Translations under genes and position numbers: made by a program
DNA from: a virus
DNA length: 64,000 nt
Direction: 5' to 3' (one strand)
Virus record (IMG/VR): IMGVR_UViG_3300032246_001270
Notes under the pieces: model-generated
Told to the model about the DNA's origin: nothing
The model's database searches: none
The model's input: only the letters and a program-made list of their open reading frames with translations
Shown here: in pieces, positions 50,346 to 60,160 of the stretch
Layout: every line of letters starts with the position of its first letter
Position numbering within the stretch: the stretch's first letter is position 1

Positions 50346-51239
50346 TTATGTTAATCTAACCTTAACTGTACCCGATGTATGATACAATCCACCAATAGGT
50401 ACACCACCAGATGCAGCTGCTCCATCATTTGCGTAATTTGATAAAGTAAGTCCTATTTGAATTGAACCAGAAAATATTGATGCTGCTTTCATTGATGCAG
50501 TAACTGCCATCAATCCGTTTATTTCGGATTGTATTGAACCAGTACTATTATATAAGTTAGAGTTTAATGCGAATAAATTATAGTTTTGAATTTGTGTAGA
50601 AGAAGATACTATTGTACTATTCTTCATTGAAGCAGTTAGAGCCATCAATCCGTTTGTAATACCAATTAATGAACCAGTTACAGTTGAAAGTGTTAAATTT
50701 CTACTATCTTGAGATGCGGTAAATGTATTTAATGATGCGGTAGCTTGATATACTCTAGCCAATTGTGCATCAACAGAAGCTGAATTAAATTGTAATGATG
50801 CGGTAGCTTGATTTAATCTAGCATTACCTAATACATCACCACCTATTAATATAGAACCAGTAAATTCATGTCTGTCATCAACACTATCACCAAATTTATT
50901 ACTTCCATTTGCGTACATAACCGATGAAGATAATATTGTTATATGATATTCATTTGCGGTAAGAGTATCAAATTTTGCATTAATTGTACCATCTATTAAA
51001 TCAGTATCTTTTGCATATCCACTTGTTTTTCCAATTGAACCTGAATTAATTGCTTCATCTAATGTTATATTCTTGTCTAATAATACAGGAGTAACTCCTG
51101 CAAAGTTTTCTGGATGTAATGTTGGATACACAATTGGTGTTGCTTGTTTAGAATTTACATCTATTGTATTTCCACTTTTATATGTTGTATCACCAGTATT
51201 ATTTCTAAAATTTGAATTGGCTGGATTTTTATAAGACAT
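50346..51239 (-). CDS. Putative head fibre / decoration protein
   Basis: First gene after the MCP; SSSVMYANGSNKFGD..HEFTGS fibre motif, coiled-coil-like middle, C-terminal YANDGAAASGGVPIGGLY module. Confidence 0.6.
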   Translation of the reverse strand: MSYKNPANSNFRNNTGDTTYKSGNTIDVNSKQATPIVYPTLHPENFAGVTPVLLDKNITLDEAINSGSIGKTSGYAKDTDLIDGTINAKFDTLTANEYHITILSSSVMYANGSNKFGDSVDDRHEFTGSILIGGDVLGNARLNQATASLQFNSASVDAQLARVYQATASLNTFTASQDSRNLTLSTVTGSLIGITNGLMALTASMKNSTIVSSSTQIQNYNLFALNSNLYNSTGSIQSEINGLMAVTASMKAASIFSGSIQIGLTLSNYANDGAAASGGVPIGGLYHTSGTVKVRLT

Positions 51240-51280
51240 GCTTACTTTATTTATATTGTTGTAAAATGTAACTTAACATC

Positions 51281-51289
51281 TATAAATAT
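51281..51289 (-). promoter_or_regulatory. ATATTTATA upstream motif
   Basis: Between the MCP terminator and the start at 51239. Confidence 0.55.
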
Positions 51290-51329
51290 AAGGAAGTATG
51301 GAAAACCCTATTTAGATGATTTTAAGCAC

Positions 51330-51353
51330 AAAAAAGGGGAAATTTCTTTCCCC
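51330..51353 (-). terminator. Intrinsic terminator after major capsid gene
   Basis: Minus-strand RNA GGGGAAA-GAAA-UUUCCCC-UUUUUU. Confidence 0.85.
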
Positions 51354-51399
51354 AATTTTGCTATGTATTGTTACACAGTTAAATTTTCATCAATTAAGA

Positions 51400-53076
51400 T
51401 TAGATATTAGCTAAATCTTTGATGTAAATCTTACCGTAGTATTCCGGACGGACCATCTTCTTAGCGTAACGAGTCATCACACCTCTACGTGGAGTAAAGT
51501 TTTGTGGGTCGTACACTAATGGAGTCATAATCAATGGTACATATGGAGCGTAAACAGCACCTGTCTCTAAGAAGTTGTTACCTCTATAACCCATTAAGAT
51601 TTCGTTAGAAGTCATATAAGGGTTTTTGTAAACAGTGTATCTGTTACTCATAGAACCTACTGCAGTTACACCAGCAGCAAATTGCATTGCATCTTTCTCT
51701 GCGTTTACAGTAAAACCAGGGATTGATTCAAGAATTGTACATACATCAGGAGAAGCAACAACGAAGTTAGCTCCACCTCTTAATGTCAATTGGTGAATTT
51801 TGTTAGATACTTTGTTCAATTTGATACCTAATGTTTGATACCAAGTATTCTTAGTATAGAAACTATTTGCACCAGAAGGTACTGAAGAACCCCAAGCCTT
51901 TTGGTTAGTTTGACCATTGTTTAAATACTCTTCGCCGATTGTTGCTGACCAGTAATCAGTTGTTAAAGCGTTTGATTTTAACATATCTAAGATTTCTAAA
52001 TCAATCTCTAAAGAGATATAATCAGATAACATAGAAGTTAATTCAGCTTCAGCATCGATTGAGTGATAAGCGTTCAAATCTTGCGCTAATTCAGGAGTCC
52101 ATACAGCTTTCAACTTACGAGTCTTAGCTACGATAGCCTCTGATTTTAATTCTAAGTCAATTTCAGGAATATCCAATGCAGTAGTTGTGTTACCAGCGCT
52201 ATTTGCAGTTTGGTCTTCGAAATCACCTCTATTGTAAGCTACAGGGATTACTGAGTAATCAATTGTAGTTGCAGGTTGTCCAGCAGCTGCTAAACCAGAT
52301 GCAGATACATACAAGTAAACCATTGTGTTAGTTGAATTGTAGTAGTTGAATTGGTTTAAGTTAGCGAATGTACCAGCATTAACTACTTGGAAAGCTCTTA
52401 CAGCATCAGTATCAGCTGTTGCATCAATTGCAGATTTAGAAACTGCGAATTTGAAGATTTGTCCAGCAGAAACAGAAGCAGATAAAGCTGCATCAAATCC
52501 AACCTCAGCCCATGAAGTAACTGAAGAAGATACAACGTTTGCACCAGCTGCAGCGTTACCAGTAGCAGTTACAGTTGCATGACCATCGTTGATTGAATAA
52601 CCATAACGACTTTCACCGTAAAGACCATTTACAGCTGCGTTAGTTCTACCAAAGTTAGTTGCTGAACCAGTTATGTTAGTACCACCAAAAAGTGATTTAC
52701 CACCATACTGTCCTTCGTTACCTTGTGCTGAACCATATTTAAAGTCTAAGAAGAATACAAGACCTGAAGGTAAGTTCATTGGTTGTACGCTTACAAATTC
52801 TTTAGCTGCGATTTCACCGAAGATTCTTCTTACTAACGGTAAAGCCACACCAGACCACTCTTCTGAACCAGAAGAAGTACCTGTTTGAGTTGCCTCATCA
52901 AGCAATTGCTTTGCTTGGTTTTCTAACAATACAGCCATGCTGTGTTGTTCTCTTTCTTTTAAACCTTCTAAAAGACCAGTTTTTTCCCATTTGCTTTTTA
53001 ACTGACGAGTTTCAGCTAACATTACTGCTTGTGGGTTCTTGCCTTCCATAAGTTTACTTAAATCAAAATTTGCCAT
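51400..53076 (-). CDS. Major capsid protein, T4 gp23-like
   Basis: VSVQPMNLPSGLVF, AKTRKLKAVWTPELAQDLNAYH..DAEAEL, YAPYVPL, FTPRRGVMTRY. Confidence 0.95.
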   Translation of the reverse strand: MANFDLSKLMEGKNPQAVMLAETRQLKSKWEKTGLLEGLKEREQHSMAVLLENQAKQLLDEATQTGTSSGSEEWSGVALPLVRRIFGEIAAKEFVSVQPMNLPSGLVFFLDFKYGSAQGNEGQYGGKSLFGGTNITGSATNFGRTNAAVNGLYGESRYGYSINDGHATVTATGNAAAGANVVSSSVTSWAEVGFDAALSASVSAGQIFKFAVSKSAIDATADTDAVRAFQVVNAGTFANLNQFNYYNSTNTMVYLYVSASGLAAAGQPATTIDYSVIPVAYNRGDFEDQTANSAGNTTTALDIPEIDLELKSEAIVAKTRKLKAVWTPELAQDLNAYHSIDAEAELTSMLSDYISLEIDLEILDMLKSNALTTDYWSATIGEEYLNNGQTNQKAWGSSVPSGANSFYTKNTWYQTLGIKLNKVSNKIHQLTLRGGANFVVASPDVCTILESIPGFTVNAEKDAMQFAAGVTAVGSMSNRYTVYKNPYMTSNEILMGYRGNNFLETGAVYAPYVPLIMTPLVYDPQNFTPRRGVMTRYAKKMVRPEYYGKIYIKDLANI

Positions 53077-53102
53077 TTTTATTTATTTTTTTATGGTTGT
53101 TA

Positions 53103-54245
53103 TTATTTTCTATTGATACCAGCTAATTGCTTAAAGCGATTTGCTAATTCGTTAGTATTTTCTGAAATGATTTCTTTTGTAGGAGCAGTAGATGCTTGAG
53201 CTTTAGAAGCAATACCTTCAGTAATGTTCTTTTTAACTTGAGCAACTTTTCTTTCAGTTCCTGTAAATTTCATTGATTCAGAAAGTGTAGCGTAAACTAA
53301 TTTAACTTCTCTTACGTTAGAAGTTCTATCTAAATTTTCTACAACTTTAACTTTTTGTTCGTTAGTTAAGTTATAACCTCTAAACAATTTGTTTGTGTAA
53401 AGTAATTTAGCGTTTAAAAGGTTTACTTCGTTGATTGTACCTCTTAAAGATTTAATCACTGCCATTGCTTCTGCTAATTCAGTTTCAAGTTTTGCAACTT
53501 CCGCTTTCATTTCAGCTGCATCTTCAGCTTTGTCTTCTTCAGAGTTCTCATCTTCTCCGTATCCCATTTCTCTTAGAATTTCGTCTAAGTCGATTTCATC
53601 ATCAGCCATAGCTGGGTCTTCACCCTCTACTGCTGGTGCTTCAGTTGGTTCAGCTGCTACTGGTTCTTCAACCGGTGCTTCTTCACCTTCCATAGCTGGT
53701 GCTTCAGCAGGAATTTCTTCCTCACTTTCTTCACCTGCAATTTGTGCTTCTAACTCACGGATGATAGATTCTAAATCTAATTCATCTTCGTCAGCTGCCA
53801 TTTCATCTTCACCTTCGAATGCTTGTCTATCGCCACGCTCTTCGTCTGCGATTTCAGAATCATCAGCTACACCATTTTGGTTTGCATCTTCTTCATCTTC
53901 ACCTTCGGTTAGGTCTTTAACTTTGTCGTAGTCTTCTACTTCTGAACCTGGCTCACCAGATTGTTTAGAAATACCACTTAGGTCAGTTTGTGCTGAGTAA
54001 GCTTTATCTGCAGGCATTTTGTTATCACCTTTACCAATCTCAGTTGAAGTATCATTATCTTCATTTACTGCATCTTCTTCTTTCTCGTCATCACCTTCCA
54101 TTTCGGCTTGTAATTTTTGAGATAAAATAGATTGTAAACGAGGAGTAAATGCTTCTTCTAATGCGATTTTAGCGTTAGCGATAGCAGTTTCACGTACAGC
54201 TTTAGCATCAGCAATTGCTTCTTTCAACAATTTTGAACTTGCCAT
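53103..54245 (-). CDS. Prohead core scaffold protein
   Basis: Very acidic, coiled-coil ends, immediately upstream of the MCP, ends RFKQLAGI. Confidence 0.8.
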   Translation of the reverse strand: MASSKLLKEAIADAKAVRETAIANAKIALEEAFTPRLQSILSQKLQAEMEGDDEKEEDAVNEDNDTSTEIGKGDNKMPADKAYSAQTDLSGISKQSGEPGSEVEDYDKVKDLTEGEDEEDANQNGVADDSEIADEERGDRQAFEGEDEMAADEDELDLESIIRELEAQIAGEESEEEIPAEAPAMEGEEAPVEEPVAAEPTEAPAVEGEDPAMADDEIDLDEILREMGYGEDENSEEDKAEDAAEMKAEVAKLETELAEAMAVIKSLRGTINEVNLLNAKLLYTNKLFRGYNLTNEQKVKVVENLDRTSNVREVKLVYATLSESMKFTGTERKVAQVKKNITEGIASKAQASTAPTKEIISENTNELANRFKQLAGINRK

Positions 54246-54390
54246 TTGTTTTCCTTATTTATCGGATTTCTTAAGCTATTGTATTGTGAGCTTAAATAGA
54301 ATTTGTTTGATTGGCGTTTTGGTCACTGCTCATATATGAGAGTATTCATTTACCAATAGAAAAACCTATAATAATAGGTTATTGTTAAGA

Positions 54391-54398
54391 ATAAATAT
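54391..54398 (-). promoter_or_regulatory. ATATTTAT motif ahead of scaffold-MCP leader
   Basis: ~146 nt upstream of the scaffold start, followed by several hairpins. Confidence 0.5.
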
Positions 54399-54443
54399 AT
54401 AAAAGTTTACAAAAACGTAAAAATCTATAATTTTCTTTAGAAT

Positions 54444-54872
54444 TTATTTTGTTGGAACACAATTAGGTACTTGCTTACCACCTTTATTTTTCATACCAAC
54501 TTGTTTATATCCTTTCCAACAAGGTGATGCTTCATTAACACTTTCACCTTTATATTCATAATATCCAGATGAAGCTTGTGTAATATAGTTTTCAGCATTT
54601 GAAATATGGTCTTGAATCCAAGCTGGAATATCTTTTTCGCTATCTCCTAACTTTTTTCTTAATTCAACTGCTGCTCTAATAATAGTATCTAATTGATTGT
54701 GAGCCATATGAACTTCGTGGTCACCACCATCTTTTTGATGTTTTTGAGCACCGCTATCTTCACCTTCTTTTACAAATGCTCTAGCGTATGGATTAGAAAC
54801 TACTTGTCCTAATTTAACATCCATTTTTCCCAACTTAATGGAATCTTTCATTAAATGCCCTAAACTAATCAT
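54444..54872 (-). CDS. Probable internal head protein
   Basis: DHEVHMA..IPAWIQ and VNE-ASPCWKGYKQVGMK..VPNCVP modules; located in the head cluster. Confidence 0.6.
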   Translation of the reverse strand: MISLGHLMKDSIKLGKMDVKLGQVVSNPYARAFVKEGEDSGAQKHQKDGGDHEVHMAHNQLDTIIRAAVELRKKLGDSEKDIPAWIQDHISNAENYITQASSGYYEYKGESVNEASPCWKGYKQVGMKNKGGKQVPNCVPTK

Positions 54873-54877
54873 ATGAA

Positions 54878-55423
54878 TTATTTTTTACCTAATCTTTCTC
54901 TCATTGTTTTTGGAGAGATATCAGCGATTTCATAATAACGATTTAGTATGTGACCCATATCTTCATATAAAGAATGTAATCTTTCATCCATTGATTTTGC
55001 TTCCACAGCGAACTTTTGGAAGTTTTTATCTAACTTGTCCAATTCAGTCATATTTCTTTTAACTGTTACTGCATCGAACCAATCTCCACTTTCTCTCAAT
55101 GTCATTTCTTTTGCAGCCTCAACAATTGCACCTAATGTGTTTGCAACTTCAGTCATATCAGAAGCTCTTTTCATTTGGTCTTGGAAAGTATTATATGTAG
55201 AGATAATCTCTAAGAAATGTTTTTTAACTTCTGGAGATAATTTTCTATCTCCTTCTAAGTTTTCAGCTATACTGAATTTACCATTAACTATCTTTACTTC
55301 TTTTAAATTAGTTTTACGGATATCATTGTATGCTTTAGCTACAGTAGTTCCTTTCTTACCATCAACTTTTAAAGTTATCTTATTGTTGTGTACGAAATCG
55401 TATATATCAAAATTCTTTGCCAT
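54878..55423 (-). CDS. Conserved hypothetical head-cluster protein
   Basis: Helical ORF directly after the protease; LYEDMGHILNRYYEI. Confidence 0.6.
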   Translation of the reverse strand: MAKNFDIYDFVHNNKITLKVDGKKGTTVAKAYNDIRKTNLKEVKIVNGKFSIAENLEGDRKLSPEVKKHFLEIISTYNTFQDQMKRASDMTEVANTLGAIVEAAKEMTLRESGDWFDAVTVKRNMTELDKLDKNFQKFAVEAKSMDERLHSLYEDMGHILNRYYEIADISPKTMRERLGKK

Positions 55424-55425
55424 TA

Positions 55426-56022
55426 TTATGCTATTTCAGTTATTATTTCTCTCATTAAGTCTTGTGCTTTACAGAAGTCTCCGCAAACATCAGTTCCAAT
55501 TTGTTGTAAACCTCTATTAACCGATTCGTTTACAGGCACCATAAATGCACCATGTGTAGATGGGTTAGATACAAAATCCCAACCAATCAATTCAAAATCT
55601 TCTTGCACCTCTACTTTATTACCACTAAGATTACGAGTAGAACCCATACCTCTTGATGAAATACCCAATAGGATACCTGCTTTTAATAATTCTTTTAAGA
55701 TGTTGCCAGATGGGGTAGATAGAACTTCAACAGTCCCACATAAATCATCACCATCCCAATGAATCTCTCTAATATTGTGAGAAACATTCTTTAAGTTGAT
55801 TACAGTTGAATCCGGATGGTCCAATTCACCCAATGCTCTACGCTCTTTGATGAATTGCTCATACTTCTTAGCTTCTCTCATTAGGATTTCCTTTGGATAA
55901 ATTCTTCCGTTTTGATTTTCAGCACCAGCTCTTTGTAAAATACCTTTAACAATGGTTCTTCCACCTTCATCTTCTTGTACTTTACCTTCAAATAATTTTG
56001 TTTCTATTAAAAGATTCTTCAT
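55426..56022 (-). CDS. Prohead maturation protease, T4 gp21-like
   Basis: NQNGRIYP, ALGELDHP, VSH, GISSRGMGS, DFVSNPS. Confidence 0.95.
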   Translation of the reverse strand: MKNLLIETKLFEGKVQEDEGGRTIVKGILQRAGAENQNGRIYPKEILMREAKKYEQFIKERRALGELDHPDSTVINLKNVSHNIREIHWDGDDLCGTVEVLSTPSGNILKELLKAGILLGISSRGMGSTRNLSGNKVEVQEDFELIGWDFVSNPSTHGAFMVPVNESVNRGLQQIGTDVCGDFCKAQDLMREIITEIA

Positions 56023-56028
56023 GCTATA

Positions 56029-56946
56029 TTACCATTTTTTCTTTTTAGCTTCATTAGCTTTTTTACCAGCTCTTAAATCTGCTAAATCATCAGCTTCAAT
56101 ATCACCATCACCATCAACATCTAATTTTTTTTGTCCACCTTTTAAATCTTCAGTCTTAGGAGCTACTTGCTCCATTTTACTTCTTAATCTAGCATCAATT
56201 TTACTTAACTGAGCTCTATCAATACCCAAACTATCAACTACCTGCGCAATTAATTGAATTTGTTGATTGAAGTTTAATTTTGCATCTTTAATTTTATCAA
56301 TAGCTTGTGCTAATTTTATTTTAACTGCTGAAGGGATTGTTGCTGATGGTAATTCACTAGCAACATCTTCACTTGCCATACCATATCCACATTCACACAT
56401 TTCTATAGTCAAACCACAATGAGGACAGGTTTTTTGTTCTGCTTCATCAACTACATCATAACCAGTAGTTGCTGCTAATCTTTTTGCAGTTTTCTTAGCT
56501 TGATTTGCATCTTTACTAAATGCTGCTGGAGTATTATATCCTGCCACCCCACCAGTACCACTCATTTCATCAACTTTCTTTTCTCCTTTACCATTCCATG
56601 CTGAATCAATTTTATTGAAAAAGCTTTTCTTTTCATCATCTGACATATCAGTAATACCTTTTCCAGCTTTAGCTAATGCTTTAGCAAAAAATGCTTGATA
56701 TTCACTTTCTTCAGTCATTACTTCTTTTACAATTTCTTTCAATCTATTTTTACTAATAGTTGTGTTCATATTTTCTTTTTTATTTGGTAAACCTTTATGT
56801 GAAGTTGATGCAAAATCTTTTGCATCTTTATCACTCATAGAATCTGCAGCTTTTTCAACTTCTTTAGAAGGGGCTTTCATGTCTCCCTTTTGTACAGCAT
56901 GAACCATACCCATAAATCTTTGTTGTGCTTTAGATACTGCTGGCAT
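56029..56946 (-). CDS. Probable internal head protein: DUF3008-like N-terminus, Cys cluster, DxDxDG motif
   Basis: MPAVSKAQQRFMGMV..DFAST.HKGLP; CPHC..CEC; LDVDGDGDIEADD. Confidence 0.65.
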   Translation of the reverse strand: MPAVSKAQQRFMGMVHAVQKGDMKAPSKEVEKAADSMSDKDAKDFASTSHKGLPNKKENMNTTISKNRLKEIVKEVMTEESEYQAFFAKALAKAGKGITDMSDDEKKSFFNKIDSAWNGKGEKKVDEMSGTGGVAGYNTPAAFSKDANQAKKTAKRLAATTGYDVVDEAEQKTCPHCGLTIEMCECGYGMASEDVASELPSATIPSAVKIKLAQAIDKIKDAKLNFNQQIQLIAQVVDSLGIDRAQLSKIDARLRSKMEQVAPKTEDLKGGQKKLDVDGDGDIEADDLADLRAGKKANEAKKKKW

Positions 56947-56947
56947 T

Positions 56948-57397
56948 TTACAATCCTCTTATTTTTTCCGAAAGGTTCATTAATCTTTCTTTTATTTTAT
57001 ATAAACTTTTGTTAGTTCTTTTATAGTAATCTTCTTTCTTAAGTCCGTTTTCAGTCTTTAATTTAGAATACCAATTAACAAATTTTTCAACTTCGGTTAA
57101 TTGATTATGAATACTTGTAATACCTCTACTTATTTTAGCTTTTGGAGAACCATCTTCTTTTTTAAGTGCTAACCAACGATTTTCTTTTAAAGTCTTTTCT
57201 TCATCATCTTTAGCTAATACCATACCACTAACATCAGCTAATGCACCATCATCTTTTGTATCAGCTGCAGTTGGTTTCATTTCTAAAGGTTTTTTAGAAT
57301 TTGCAGGAACATCGTTTTTTAACCAATCTTTTGCTTCTTCTAATTGAATTTCTTTAATTATTTCTCTAATAGTATTTTTCAACTTAATATTATCCAT
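56948..57397 (-). CDS. Hypothetical head-cluster protein
   Basis: Tightly packed ORF overlapping the upstream gene; IREIIKE and LKE motifs. Confidence 0.6.
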   Translation of the reverse strand: MDNIKLKNTIREIIKEIQLEEAKDWLKNDVPANSKKPLEMKPTAADTKDDGALADVSGMVLAKDDEEKTLKENRWLALKKEDGSPKAKISRGITSIHNQLTEVEKFVNWYSKLKTENGLKKEDYYKRTNKSLYKIKERLMNLSEKIRGL

Positions 57398-58265
57398 TTA
57401 CCTTTGATTTTAATTCTTTGATTAGTTCATAAGAAAGCATTATAGATGAAACTTGATTATCAGTTACAGTTTTGCCAAATTTCATTTTATCTAAAATAGA
57501 AATAGTTTCAGATAATTTTATTGTAGTAACTTTATCTTTAATTTTTAATTTTATTTCTTTTAAATTACTAATAATTTTAGGTAATTCAATTGAAACATAT
57601 TCTTTAAATTTAGTTGTATTTGACATATTGTTAATATATTCTTTTAACAATCCTTTTTGGTTGTCATCTAAATTTGTATATTTTTTATTGAAAGTTTCAA
57701 CAAGAATCTTATAGGTTAATAATCTTAGGTCTTTATCTTGCTGTTTGTATGATTCTATTAATTTAGAATCTTCTGAGTTGTTAGTTTTTGCTAAAGTAGG
57801 TCTTGATATAATGTTTTCAATTAGGGTTATTTTAGAATTAAATACATCCTTAATATCATAGTTTTCAGATTTTTTAGATTCAAATACTTTATATATTGAT
57901 GCTAATACCTTATAGTTAGTTATTGGAGAAGAAAGAAAATTTTCTAAATCAAATTTAGAATTTATCTCTTTAATAAGATTATATTTTTCTTTTGTTAATT
58001 TAGTTTCATTTAACTTTGTATGAGCTTGAGATACAGTATCTACAAACATTTCGGCTTTTGATTCCGAATTGTATTTCTCTTTTAATAGTAAATCATAAAG
58101 ACGTAATTCTTTATTTAATTCAGTACCTGCAGCAAAGAACTCTTTTACTATATGTTTTGCATTTTCAGTCTTATCTCCATTAAGTACCTCTAATGTTATT
58201 TGTCTTACTAAAAGCTCAAATAACACTCCAGTATTCTTAACTTTGGAATGTTTTATTTTTTTCAT
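57390..58265 (-). CDS. Conserved hypothetical protein downstream of portal
   Basis: 291-aa helical ORF (KHSKVKNTGVLFELLVRQIT) with the upstream ATATTTATA motif. Confidence 0.7.
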   Translation of the reverse strand: MKKIKHSKVKNTGVLFELLVRQITLEVLNGDKTENAKHIVKEFFAAGTELNKELRLYDLLLKEKYNSESKAEMFVDTVSQAHTKLNETKLTKEKYNLIKEINSKFDLENFLSSPITNYKVLASIYKVFESKKSENYDIKDVFNSKITLIENIISRPTLAKTNNSEDSKLIESYKQQDKDLRLLTYKILVETFNKKYTNLDDNQKGLLKEYINNMSNTTKFKEYVSIELPKIISNLKEIKLKIKDKVTTIKLSETISILDKMKFGKTVTDNQVSSIMLSYELIKELKSKVNG

Positions 58266-58306
58266 TTATTTACCCTATATTTAACCTACATCTATAAACT
58301 AACACA

Positions 58307-58315
58307 TATAAATAT
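58307..58315 (-). promoter_or_regulatory. ATATTTATA upstream motif
   Basis: 42 nt upstream of the start at 58265. Confidence 0.55.
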
Positions 58316-58332
58316 AAACTTTTTAATGTTTA

Positions 58333-60114
58333 TTAAAATTTGGTGTCATCTAACAGGTTATTTTCATCTAAAAGGTCAGTTTTTTTTGTTTTTTCACTTA
58401 AAATCTTCTTTTTTGATGAAATCCCATTAATATATTCTTGTGCTAATTTTCTTTTTGATTCGTTTGTACGAGTTTCCCTTTTCCTCTCACCTTCATTTTC
58501 TTTATTCCCCAATGGGTCTCTACCTAACGGATGTTTATCTTTTCCGTATGTGTTTCCTTCTCTTGGTCTACCACCTTTATCATTATCATTTATCTCCTGC
58601 TTCATTTTTTCAATCTCCTCCTCAACATTAGTTTGTTGTGGTGGATTTGCCGGGTCTTGTCCTTGCTGTTCTATTGAGTTATAACGGAATCTATCTTTAA
58701 GGTCTAATACCATCTTAGCTCTTTCAGTATCCATTTCCTCCTCACTCATACCAAACACATTATGAAATACCCAATCACTAGATAACATATTTAATTGTTT
58801 TAAATCGCCGGCCAATCTTGTCTTTTCACTCCATAGATTTACTTTCTCTTGCTCATATATTGTAGAAGCGTTAGTTAAAGTAAGTTGAAAATTTGTCATT
58901 TCAGAATCATCTATTCCATGAGCTGCCAAATGAACAATAGCTATTTTATATAATTCACTAACAACTGTTCTTTGAATTCTTTCAATAGTTCTAGCAAAAC
59001 GAACATCCTGTGCTGCAAGTGTTGCTTTACCACTTACATCTTCTTCATATCCTAAAAACGCTTTTGGAATTTTTAAAGCTGCAAATAATTTAGCTTTTAA
59101 ATAATCAATATCTTCTATTGCTGCATATTCCAATCCTGCTAAATTTTCAATTGATGTACCACTATCTCCACCTCTAACAGGTAAAAAGAAATCTTCAGTA
59201 AGGTTTTGAATATTATATTTTAAATTATAATCTCCAGTATCTTTATTAACAAATGGAGTTTTTTTCATTTTGTTAATAATTTTTTGCATATAGTTATCAA
59301 CTTCTTGAGGGTTGATATTACCAATATCTATTTTGAATACTCTTTTTTCAGGTGCTCTCATAATACGATGAATTAACATCGCATCTTCCATCAATTGTAA
59401 TTGTTTCCAAACTCTACGCCCACCTTCAATCATTGCTTTACCATACGGAAGGAAGTTAGTATCTGATAATAAACGGAAGTGAGCCATTTCATAGTTCTCA
59501 TATTCTTTTTTACCAAATCTATCTAATTCAACTTTAAACTTAACATAATTTTGATTATTAGGGTCAGTACCTTCTAACCTTTCTGTGTTATATACAGAAT
59601 ATGGTATTACATTTATAATACCTTTGCCCTCTGCTATTTCTAATGCTAAAAAGAAATCTCCATATTTAACTAAATTTCTAACCCAAGGCCATAAATTAAA
59701 TTCTACATTTATTATATCGTAAAAAAGATTATGAAGTAATGAACTTACATTTTCATTTGTTGATTTAATTGTAAGAATATCACCATATTCATTTTTAGTT
59801 GTAGATTCATCCGAATATATATCTAATGCAGATGCTATAATTGGGTCATTATCCATAGCATCGTAATCTCTAAATAACTCTCTACGAACCTGATGGTATG
59901 CCATAGATTGTGCACCCTGATTGGTTTCGTAATAAGACCTTTGTAACTTTGTATATCTATCTCTTAGATTTACAAAATTTGTATTCATTTGTCTATCATC
60001 TGTATCTACAACCTTACGCTTACCATCTTTATCAACGGTTACGATTGCGCTGGTTGAGAACAATTTCTTTAATCTACCAAAAAAACTTCTACCTTCCATT
60101 TCTTGCTCTGCCAT
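58333..60114 (-). CDS. Portal protein, T4 gp20-like
   Basis: QLMEDAMLIHRIMRAPEKRVFKIDIGN, EDFFLPVRGG, IEDIDYL..KLFAALKIP. Confidence 0.95.
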   Translation of the reverse strand: MAEQEMEGRSFFGRLKKLFSTSAIVTVDKDGKRKVVDTDDRQMNTNFVNLRDRYTKLQRSYYETNQGAQSMAYHQVRRELFRDYDAMDNDPIIASALDIYSDESTTKNEYGDILTIKSTNENVSSLLHNLFYDIINVEFNLWPWVRNLVKYGDFFLALEIAEGKGIINVIPYSVYNTERLEGTDPNNQNYVKFKVELDRFGKKEYENYEMAHFRLLSDTNFLPYGKAMIEGGRRVWKQLQLMEDAMLIHRIMRAPEKRVFKIDIGNINPQEVDNYMQKIINKMKKTPFVNKDTGDYNLKYNIQNLTEDFFLPVRGGDSGTSIENLAGLEYAAIEDIDYLKAKLFAALKIPKAFLGYEEDVSGKATLAAQDVRFARTIERIQRTVVSELYKIAIVHLAAHGIDDSEMTNFQLTLTNASTIYEQEKVNLWSEKTRLAGDLKQLNMLSSDWVFHNVFGMSEEEMDTERAKMVLDLKDRFRYNSIEQQGQDPANPPQQTNVEEEIEKMKQEINDNDKGGRPREGNTYGKDKHPLGRDPLGNKENEGERKRETRTNESKRKLAQEYINGISSKKKILSEKTKKTDLLDENNLLDDTKF

Positions 60115-60160
60115 AATTTATTATTAATTTCTAAAAAATTCTATTTTGACATTATATAAC

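Noticed and set aside
53431-53931. Ser-rich plus-strand ORF and other plus-strand ORFs over head genes
   Set aside because: Antisense to Glu/Asp-rich scaffold or other well-supported minus-strand genes.
60146-60160. Plus-strand TTGACA followed by TATAAC as a sigma70 promoter
   Set aside because: The spacing is only about 3 nt and it points away from any credible gene.
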